This document shows positions 1 to 7,277 of a DNA stretch of 7,285 bases, one piece after another. This stretch comes from Paraspadella gotoi (lineage: Eukaryota; Animalia; Chaetognatha). The notes beneath the pieces were generated by a model. The model saw only the letters and a program-made list of their open reading frames with translations. It searched no databases and was not told where the DNA came from. The stretch lies in assembly GCA_051294375.1 (NCBI GenBank), contig JBJCIZ010000136.1:1-7285 (forward strand). The letters run 5' to 3'. Each line of letters starts with the position of its first letter. Position 1 is the stretch's first letter. The position numbers and the translations under genes are program-made.

Positions 1-200
1 TAACATAAGATTTGAACTACGTAGTACTAATCCTTAGTCCAACCGAATCGACGCTAAGGCAAAAATCCTAATTCCGGGCCGAATAGAAATAAACGGAAAA
101 TTACGGAGCTGACTACGGAGAGAAAATATTGATAAAGGAAACGAATTTATAAGAGAATAAGGTGATNNNNNNNNNNATAAAACTTAAATAAGTGATTTAA

Positions 201-253
201 TGATAAGTTAATACCAATTGGGGGTTAATTTTACTTCCTCTGACCGCGGTAAG
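201..253 (+). repeat. Dispersed repeat, TIR-like motif copy 1
   Basis: TGATAAGTTAATACCAATTGGGGGTTAATTTTACTTCCTCTGACCGCGGTAAG aligns with 664-715; the core 222-253 matches 684-715 at 27/32. Confidence 0.7.
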
Positions 254-663
254 CCCAAATTGGTTTACAATTGGATGACGACGACTCCCNNNNNNNNNNT
301 TTGATCATTTGCCGCTTTCATCACCACCGTTAGCTCTTTAGTTCTAATTTAACAATAATGACCGCGACAAGGAGACTGACCTTAACCAGGTCATAACTNN
401 NNNNNNNNCAAGGTAAGGTTACTGACCTTACCTTCTTACTATTTTGATCATTACTTGTCTTATAAAAAAAAATTTATCTCCTCTCAAAACGAATTCAACA
501 TGGAGAAATTCATTCCCAGACAAACCGTTGGACCCGGACACTTCTCCGGCCGGATTACCTGCCACCGATAGCTTCTGAGACTTGGNNNNNNNNNNGTCAA
601 CCTATGAAATAACCTTTTGCCAAATAAATTTGAAAATATGTAATTGTAATTAAATGTTATCAT

Positions 664-718
664 TGATAATTTAATACCAAATAGGGTTAATTTTACTTTC
701 GCTAACCGGGGTGAGGGG
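664..718 (+). repeat. Dispersed repeat, TIR-like motif copy 2
   Basis: The core GGGTTAATTTTACTTTCGCTAACCGGGGTGAGGGG (684-718) matches the revcomp of 2340-2374 at 30/35. Confidence 0.75.
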
Positions 719-780
719 TTAAGAAGTTGAAAAAGTTGACTTCCTTGCTGACACAGGTGCCGATTTAGTTAGCGATACAG

Positions 781-909
781 ATGCTGCTGCGGAAGCAGAC
801 GAGAATGCTAGTGCAGTATCTGAGACAACTTGGAGAGGTTTCACACGTCAACGGATTGGCCGACGCGATCATCGGCCGAGAAAGTCGTCTGTTCATGAAT
901 GACACCTAA
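781..909 (+). other. GC-rich exon-like island, possible short coding remnant
   Basis: The open frame MLLRKQTRMLVQYLRQLGEVSHVNGLADAIIGRESRLFMNDT* has many G/C third positions in an AT-rich background. Other frames and the minus strand are also partly open, so strand and frame are uncertain. Confidence 0.25.
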
Positions 910-1271
910 AAAATCTTTACTATACTATATTTAATATATAAGTATATCATTAATTGGAGAACTACTGGACTTTTTTATGTATAAGTTTTATTTCGAGTTT
1001 AATTCATTTACTATTTTATGTTTAATTTGGGTAACTTTACTATTCGACGTACAAAACCAACTTTAGCTACCACCGGTCGGTNNNNNNNNNNTCCATTTAA
1101 TTTTGTTTTCCCTCTCGTGTAGAGTCTCAGTTTGCGAAATAATAATATACATTTTTTGGTTCAGTAATATAAATTTTATAATAAATAAATTTTTAAAATT
1201 TATTTTAATTGCCATTTTATGTTTGAAGTAGAAAATGAATTGTTTATGNNNNNNNNNNATAAAGAAACAAA

Positions 1272-1315
1272 TTTCGGATATATTTCAGCCTCTATGTAAG
1301 CTTTCATCAGCGCAA
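1272..1315 (-). ncRNA. Minimal type I hammerhead ribozyme-like motif (copy A)
   Basis: Minus strand reads TTGCG CTGATGA A AGCTT ACATAG AGGCT GAAA TATATC CGAAA. It has the core CUGAUGA (1310-1304), a 5-bp helix II AGCTT/AGGCT with one G-U, GAAA, a self-complementary ATATAT helix III, an AUC cleavage triplet (C at 1277) and a short helix I (CG/CG). Confidence 0.75.
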
Positions 1316-1413
1316 AAACAGATTTGTAAAACAAATAATTTTACAGACTTTTTTCTTTCTTTCTTCAAACTTCAAAATTTGTGAAAGTATTTGTTTCACA
1401 AATNNNNNNNNNN

Positions 1414-1458
1414 TTGCGCTGATGAAAGTTTACATTGAAGCCGAAACACGTCCAAAAT
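1414..1458 (+). ncRNA. Minimal type I hammerhead ribozyme-like motif (copy B)
   Basis: TTGCG CTGATGA(1419-1425) A AGTTT ACATTG AAGCC GAAA(1443-1446) CAC GTC(1450-1452) CAAAA. Core boxes are intact, helix II has one mismatch, the helix III hexamer ACACGT is near-palindromic, and AATAAA follows at 1470-1475. Confidence 0.8.
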
Positions 1459-1531
1459 TTATGTTTCTTAATAAAACTTATTGTACGTAAACAAACAAGG
1501 AAAAGAAAAGGAAAAACAATATTTTTTAAAC

Positions 1532-1594
1532 GGTTAGCAATTGGGTTAAGGCTGGTTATGGATTAGGGGTGGTTAAGGTTAAGGGTGGTTATGG
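1532..1594 (+). repeat. Degenerate GGTTA / TTAGG(G)-like tract
   Basis: Repeated GGTTA(A/G/T) units: GGTTAG..GGGTTAAGGCTGGTTATGGATTAGGGGTGGTTAAGGTTAAGGGTGGTTATGG. Confidence 0.55.
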
Positions 1595-1703
1595 ATTTAT
1601 AATAAAAAGTTTTTCTACCCTTACCAGTATCCTTTTATTTTTGAGTAGCGAGATTTCTATATGTCGCTCATANNNNNNNNNNNNNNNNNNNNNNNCGCAA
1701 AAT

Positions 1704-1730
1704 CCCGGTCGGCGAATGTAAAAATAAGCC
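1704..1730 (-). repeat. Dispersed repeat, TIR-like motif copy 3
   Basis: Revcomp GGCTTATTTTTACATTCGCCGACCGGG matches 684-710 at 22/27. Confidence 0.55.
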
Positions 1731-1891
1731 TTTAATTTTTTATATAACAATAAAATTGGCGAAAAAAGATTATTTTAAGTGTATTCGTGATTGCATTAAA
1801 ATATATCATAATCAATGGCGTATCTGAATTATAGTAATGTTTAACCAAAAGTTTTTATTAGTTTTTACAACGATTTGTAATTGACTTTGGT

Positions 1892-1934
1892 AACGGACAT
1901 GTTTCGACTAACGGGCTCGGTTATCAACAGCGTT
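1892..1934 (-). ncRNA. Degenerate hammerhead ribozyme-like motif (copy C)
   Basis: Minus strand reads AACG CTGTTGA TAACCGAGCCCGTTAGTC GAAA CATGTC CGTT. Helix I (AACG/CGTT) is a perfect 4 bp, helix III is the palindrome ACATGT and the site is GUC. The core has A6->U (CUGUUGA) and helix II is imperfect. ATCGTTGTAA and AATAAA follow, as in the other copies. Confidence 0.65.
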
Positions 1935-2339
1935 TTTTATAATGTTTATAAATTTTTGAGTAAATCTTTTTCTTAATACAATTCGTCCAATTAGAAAAAA
2001 ATGCTGTCCTGGGCATATTCTTGACCGTCTTGAATAATTATTTTTTAACATAAGGATTCCCAGTTAATGCTTCATTTAATGGTGAATATTGGATGACCAT
2101 TAAAGAAAGGTTGTTTTACAATAGTAAATATATAATCAACTTTATGAAATTCAAATATAATAAACGTCCAGTACTTTGCTATAGAAGGAGAAAAAATTTT
2201 AAAAATTTTCATCCAATGAGAAATGGNNNNNNNNNNTTTGGTGTCACTCGCGAATGGACACGGTATTATGAATTGGGCATAACCAATACAAGAATTATCC
2301 ATTCATTTAGTAAATAAAATGGTAAAATTTACCATTAAT

Positions 2340-2374
2340 CCCCTAACCCTGGTGGGCGAAAGTAAAATTAGCCC
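2340..2374 (-). repeat. Dispersed repeat, TIR-like motif copy 4
   Basis: Revcomp GGGCTAATTTTACTTTCGCCCACCAGGGTTAGGGG is 30/35 identical to 684-718. Confidence 0.75.
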
Positions 2375-3434
2375 AAAAAATATCTGACTTTGTATCTTCC
2401 CTACTATGAGAACTCGAAAAACTAAAAATCTTGGTCTGTTTTTTCCTTCACTTACCAGTAAACAACACATCGAAGATTTTTTTAATCAGCAGTGCAGATA
2501 TGGTAACAAACTGAGTTTGACAAACAGTTTAGAAGAATTATTGATTAGACAATTTAATAAAATGCAATACTGACAGAGTCAATAACTCAGTTTCATCAAA
2601 ATTTAAAGGGAGGTCCAACTCTTTACAGAAACGGTAAAACAGAATAAAAATAAAAACAGAATGCCAGATTGTCGTTGTGGGTAAACGAAGGTGGCGAAGG
2701 AGATGGGAGCGTCGGCCTCTTGGTAGATATTTGAATCGATCGTCGACGTGACCTCGATGGAATGGGTTTGGATGCCGGAAAAGTCAAAGTATTTTATCCC
2801 GTGGTATTTTCTAAAATTATTAAATAAATTGGTATCAATTTTTATTCTTAATAATTCAATTTTCTCTAACTTAACATGTTTAACAATCCAAAGCAAGCTG
2901 GCAGACCAACGACCAAAACGCCGGAGCCCCCGCGCCGTAGTTGTACTGGTTCTGATGATTGTTGCTCTCTGGAGGATTTGTTGTAGTCCACGTTGGCGAG
3001 GTCAAGGAGGAAATTCTTCAGCATCATTTGACAAAGTTTGATGTCGAGATTTGGATTCCAAAAGGTGAGTGAAGGGACGACGCCGGAGTAAACAGCGTCG
3101 CGAAGAGGGATGGAGAATTGATTCACCTTTGTTAGGGGGGAGAAGAGCAAATTAATTTATGAAATAATGTAGTGAGACGGAAACTATTCATGCCATTTGA
3201 AAAAGCTAATTTCAAGGATATTCTTTGGAGAAAAACAATTACATTTGTATTTGTTTTTATCAACGAATTGTATTAGACATTAGGACATTTTCTCCAAATT
3301 TTAAAACAACGAAACTGAAAGTCTACACACGAGGATATTCTTTTAATTCGACGTATTTGATAATTTGATCCAGTTTTAAGATTTTTGAGAAAAAATCAGG
3401 ACACGAATAAAAATAAAAACTATTGAAGAGACAG

Positions 3435-3584
3435 TAATTATTATTATGTGTTAATGACANNNNNNNNNNATATAAGCAGTCCCTGAGCTTTGGATCAGGC
3501 TGTAACCAGGCTAGAACCTGGCCACCAGGCTAGAACCCCGGACCTTTGGTTTGAGAGGCGAATGACTTGCCTCCGGCACCAATG
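3435..3584 (-). mobile_element. tRNA-derived SINE-like element / tRNA pseudogene head
   Basis: Minus strand 3584-3521 reads CATTGGTGCCGGAGGCAAGTCATTCGCCTCTCAAACCAAAGGTCCGGGGTTCTAGCCTGGTGGC. It has an A-box-like TGGTGCCGGAGG and a B-box-like GGTTCTAGCC at tRNA spacing, plus a tRNA-like AAAGGTCC..GGTTC segment. The anticodon stem is broken. A short (ATA)n run near 3447-3437 may be a tail. Confidence 0.55.
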
Positions 3585-4094
3585 NNNNNNNNNNAACGGT
3601 TGGTGGATTTTAGTCCACCATACTATAAAAATTATTTTTATAATTTTAAGTTGCTGTCAAAAATTAATCACGGTGAAAATGTATCAAAATTTATTAATTT
3701 AAAAAATCAGAACTTACAAATTCATACTGTAGTGTACTCACCATTCAAAAGTCCAGCAGCGTCGCGTAACGGATCAGAAGGGAGAGCAAGGACTGTCTCT
3801 TGGGTAAGGAGAGGTAAAAATTTTGGAACAAGTCTTGGTGGCGTAGCTGCTGATCGAATCCAACGGAGCGGACAAGAAATTCATTTCCAATTCGGGAGTG
3901 AGTAAACTTTGGAGGAAGAGACGCCGAGTGCATGTACAGTTGTACACATTACCTTGAAGGGTTGTAACAAATCCATTTTAATTGATTATTTTATATTACA
4001 TTATGCTTATTTATTGAATGCATAAATAATTTTTATATTGTTTAACCAATTTTTTGACATCCTTAAATTCAGTCCAATTTTTATAACCTTTATT

Positions 4095-4319
4095 TTAGCA
4101 AAGTTTTTCGAATTTTTTACAACGNNNNNNNNNNTGAAAAAGCAGACATGTTTCGGCTCACAAATGTCAAGAGCTGATGAAGGCTCGAAATNNNNNNNNN
4201 NAACATGTCTGCTTTTTCAAAAATAAAATCATTGTAAAAAATTCAAAAAACTTTGCTAATCTCTTACAACNNNNNNNNNNCTAATCTCTTACAACAACGA
4301 AAGAAAGGATTATACCATG
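4095..4319 (+). mobile_element. Short hammerhead-bearing retro-insertion with inverted 5' arm and 13-bp target-site duplication
   Basis: 4095-4160 is the reverse complement of ~4202-4259 plus the gap. The perfect direct repeat TATAACCTTTATT at 4082-4094 and 4320-4332 abuts the start of the inverted arm. AATAAA lies at 4222-4227. Confidence 0.8.
4171..4215 (+). ncRNA. Minimal type I hammerhead ribozyme-like motif (copy D, interrupted by an assembly gap)
   Basis: GAG CTGATGA(4174-4180) A GGCTC GAAAT [N10] AACATGTC(4202-4209). The inverted arm at 4135-4160 reads TGAGCCGAAACATGTCTGC on the minus strand, which supplies the missing GAGCC-GAAA and gives a perfect GGCTC/GAGCC helix II. Helix I pairing is poor. 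Confidence 0.75.
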
Positions 4320-6119
4320 TATAACCTTTATTATATTACGTCTATTTTTCCTTTAAACATGAAATGAAGAATTTGAACCTCTGGTTAAATTTATATTTTT
4401 CAACCCATTTTAAAACAATAACATAAAATTGGAACTGATTTTAATTTATAATATTTAGCATATTTTTGCTATTTAATACGGAAATAAGGTGAATAAAACA
4501 GAAATAGGCCTGAGGCACCTCCCCGGCGAACGAAGACGATATATAGCGGAAGGATTTAGGAGAATGTCCGTCCAGTGGGCGGAGATGTTATGGATCCTGG
4601 CGATGGAGGGCACGAAAGTGGCCAAGAGGCGTTTGTAGATGCCCGGTAGTGGTGCCAGCTTCTTGACACGATCGATTCTCTCTTTGTGAATGTAGATGCT
4701 AAAAAATATGTTTAATGTGCAAGAGATTGAAAAGCTACTAAACTACTTAAATCCTCTCTATTATTTTATTGCCAATAAAATGGCTTTTGTTACTTTACAT
4801 CGCATTACTTCTCAATCAGATGACTTTAGTTCTGTGTGGTCACGGGACTACGCAAGTATAAAACCTAAGCATAAGAAGCAAAGCAACAGAGAACAAACAA
4901 ATATAAATTACAGAGTAGCTGCGCAAAACATTGTCAACAAACTAAAAAAAAGCCCAGTTAATTATATTTTATTTACTATTATCATTATACAGGGGTGGGA
5001 CCATATATCAAAACAAAATTTAAAAAATCATTACTCTAAAACTCTTAATGAATTTTAAAATCAGAATAAATATTTGTATAATACTCTCACTAAGCTTTTA
5101 GACGATATATTAATCTTTTTGAAGTTTTTTGATATAATGCTTTTTTTNNNNNNNNNNAGGCAACTGCTCGGTTTTCTGAATATCTAAATAAGCGTCAACC
5201 ATTTATTGTTGCAGAGAAGAGTCAAGTAACAACAATATCTATGTACTATAGTTGAGCAACTCAAGGTAACAGGATTGCTTTCTTGCCATTTATAAAATTT
5301 ACTTAACATCTTCAGTCAAAAAGAAATTCACCTCGGTCTGAAAGCAGGCGAGTAGCAGTAATCAATGCGGGCGGCGGCGGCCAGCGCCGAGGGTGGGACG
5401 AGCGCCGGCTTTGCGACAGCGGCGAAGCGTGAGACGATTCTCCAGTCCGCTCTTTGATCACAACGCGCCAAGCGTCAGATTCCTTCACCCTTCATATTCA
5501 CATATTTTTTTATACGTAATGATCAAAATACTAGATTCAAATAATCGATACACTATTAGAAAATTAACCTGAAGATCCAAAGTAGCAACGCCGTGCAAAT
5601 TAAACATGGCAGACTTATTCTCTGCAATGAAAATCCGCAAGGCGAAGAGCGCCGAGGCCTGAAGGTTGAGTCTCGGCGTCGACATGGCGCCAAATGGACT
5701 CGGTAGGTGACGGTATCAGGGTTGGCATTAAAAAACCCACCCGTCGTTTTGCAGAATGTCTTGCACCTCGATCCCGTGGTTTGCCTCCGTGACGCCGTCC
5801 TTTGTCATCTTCGTCGCCACTCGGGNNNNNNNNNNTGACGGAGCGATCGTCGAGACTGCGATCGTTGCTGGAACGTGAACGACGCGTGTGGCGCTTGTGG
5901 TACTGATCACGATTTGGACAGTCATGGATATTATTAATACGCTCAGGAGGCTTATGAAAAAAAGGAATAGAAAGAAAATGAAATTTTTTCTTTTTTACAT
6001 TAAATTATATTAAAAACGTTAATAAGCTTCATGGGCAAAAAAATTCTTGTCAATTCTTTTTAATTCTTTAAAAAAAATATTAGTATTTATATATTTTTTT
6101 ATTGTATTTGATAGATATT

Positions 6120-6371
6120 TATAAAGTAATAATTTTTATTTGTGATAATTCGAACATGTTTCGGTTCTTTTTTTTTTCTTGAGAGAGAGCAAAAGAGAAA
6201 GAAAGGGGCAATTTTAACTTTAATATATATCTCTTTTTCAAAGTTAATATCAAATATTTTTTTAAAATTGTCAAAACCTTGCGCTGATGAAGGTTTGAAA
6301 AAAAAAACCGAAACATATCCGAATTATTAAATGATCATTGTAATCACAAATTTATACTTTGTTACTTTATA
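6120..6371 (+). mobile_element. Hammerhead-bearing element with partial inverted arm
   Basis: The revcomp of 6120-6175 (AAAAGAACCGAAACATGTTCGAATTATCACAAAT...TTACTTTATA) matches 6298-6371 (AAAAACCGAAACATATCCGAATTAT[17 nt]CACAAAT...TTACTTTATA). The layout is the same as at 4095-4319. Confidence 0.68.
6279..6324 (+). ncRNA. Minimal type I hammerhead ribozyme-like motif (copy E)
   Basis: TTGCG CTGATGA(6284-6290) A GGTTT G(A)n AAACC GAAA(6310-6313) CATATC CGAA. Helix II GGTTT/AAACC is perfect, the site is AUC (C6319) and helix I is CG/CG. The helix III hexamer ACATAT has one mismatch, while the inverted arm retains ACATGT. Confidence 0.78.
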
Positions 6372-6455
6372 CTTTATTATATTTTTTTATGAATTTATTA
6401 ATATTAAAATATTATTTTTTTTAATTTTAAATTATTATATACTTAGGCTGAAATT

Positions 6456-6513
6456 TTAACTTAATCCTAACTTACCCTAACCTTACCTTAACCCTAACCT
6501 AACTTACCCCTAA
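6456..6513 (-). repeat. Degenerate (C)CCTAA telomere-like tract
   Basis: TTAACTTAATCCTAACTTACCCTAACCTTACCTTAACCCTAACCTAACTTACCCCTAA consists of 5-6-nt CCTAA/CCCTAA/CTTAA variants. Confidence 0.65.
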
Positions 6514-7248
6514 TTTATTTTTAACTTACTTTTTTAACTTACACATATTCTTAATTTATTTTAACCATAATTTATTATAAACAAAATTTTCACTTAAATA
6601 TTAATATAAGAAAAATAACAAATATTAAAAAAATATGTGATTCCCTTTAATTTCCCCCCCCCACCCCAAAAAAAAAATTATCTTCTTCCGTTCCGTTCCT
6701 CTTATTTTTCCGTTAATTCTTTAAGAAAAAAAAAAAAAATCTCATAGACCTCGAGTGTATTAATCTCCAGAAATGCCATTTATAAATATTAAAGTACTCG
6801 CATTACGAAGCCTGTTAACTGGGCAAATAGTTAAAGGTTCTCGCAAACTCCATCGACTATTATTAACTTATTTGTTACTCCTGGTCAAAACGCCGCAGTT
6901 TTACGAAAAATCCATTTAAAAAAAAAATAACATTAAATGTATTTTTAACAATTTTTTTTTTCTGGAAGNNNNNNNNNNAACGACAATGTTACTCATTCGA
7001 AAGAATTAGATGTCAAGCAATTGTATAATCAACGTTGAAACAAAATATAAAAAATAAAATGAAAGCTAAGAGCTTTCTTGTTAAATGGAAGCGAGCAGAG
7101 AATTTGTAATTTTCAATAAAATAATAAAATCAATTTTTCATTATAATTTTCTTAAAAAGAAAAAAAAATCGGGCGGGAACAATGTTTATAAACATGCGAG
7201 CTAACAAATCCTCTGCTTCGTGAACCGCAGCTGGCTCGATGAAGCGCC

Positions 7249-7277
7249 ATGGCTCTCGGTTTGGTTCTTGCGGTAAC
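7249..7277 (+). CDS. Possible first exon of a gene running out of the window (MALGLVLAV..., signal-peptide-like)
   Basis: GCGCC-ATG-G context, a hydrophobic run, and a consensus donor GTAAGT at 7278-7283 inside a GC-rich island. It is very short and other frames are possible. Confidence 0.3.

Larger units (their letters stand above)
1240..1494. mobile_element. Inverted-repeat element carrying two divergent hammerhead motifs (Penelope-like pseudo-LTR derivative)
   Basis: Arm ~1240-1345 is an imperfect reverse complement of arm ~1380-1494 (e.g. revcomp TGTAAAATTATTTGTTTTACAAAT vs TGTGAAAGTATTTGTTTCACAAAT), with a ~34-nt spacer. Each arm holds a hammerhead core. The PLE assignment is inferred from motif type. 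Confidence 0.7.
2603..5925 (-). pseudogene. Probable degenerate multi-exon gene, ~450 codons, product unknown
   Basis: GC-rich islands 5925-5569, 5489-5332, 4698-4519, 3952-3742, 3126-2885 and 2810-2603 join through GT..AG introns in consistent phase (0,2,2,0,2). Good sites are CGAG/GTGAAT (5331), TTTTAG (4699), ATG/GTGAGT (3741) and TTTTAG (2811); the others are weak. In-frame stops lie at 5730, 5718, 5477, 3951 and 3747. Confidence 0.5.

Noticed and set aside
410-434. Perfect 10-bp hairpin AAGGTAAGGT/ACCTTACCTT
   Set aside because: Isolated, built from a simple repeat and next to a gap, with no supportable function.
480-602. GC-rich island with a minus-strand acceptor-like TTTCATAG
   Set aside because: Two frames are open and a gap interrupts it, so I cannot assign a frame or link it to other exons.
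730-770. + frame KVDFLADTGADLVS resembling the retropepsin D(T/S)GA motif
   Set aside because: The downstream sequence does not resemble a retroviral-type protease, there is no gag/RT context, and the frame is short.
2072-2317. Overlapping ORFs of 74-76 aa as a possible PLE endonuclease remnant
   Set aside because: No GIY-YIG or RT motif, AT-driven composition, and the ORFs cross a gap.
2952-2990. CTGATGA as another hammerhead core
   Set aside because: No helix II, GAAA or NUH follows, and it lies within an exon-like island.
3288-3393. Imperfect ~20-nt inverted repeat (3288-3307 / 3373-3393)
   Set aside because: AT-rich with no TSD or clear ends; it may be old transposon debris but cannot be supported.
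3601-3620. Hairpin TGGTGGA/TCCACCA as a Helitron 3' end or terminator
   Set aside because: There is no CTRR terminus at the expected distance, and the eukaryotic context makes an intrinsic terminator irrelevant.
4256-4295. 15-nt direct repeat CTAATCTCTTACAAC on both sides of an N10 gap
   Set aside because: Most likely overlapping contig ends, an assembly artefact. It also shows that the N10 runs are placeholders, so frames across gaps are unreliable.
4696-5058. 120-aa + strand ORF (likewise 3490-3702, 3567-3905, 4038-4226, 6119-6316 and 6142-6330)
   Set aside because: These are AT-rich low-information translations, antisense to exon-like islands or overlapping non-coding repeats, with no recognisable motif.
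5270-5316. Minus-strand CTGAAGA...GAAAGCAATC hammerhead-like spacing
   Set aside because: Helix II is mostly G-U pairs and there is no helix I or palindromic helix III, so it is compatible with chance.
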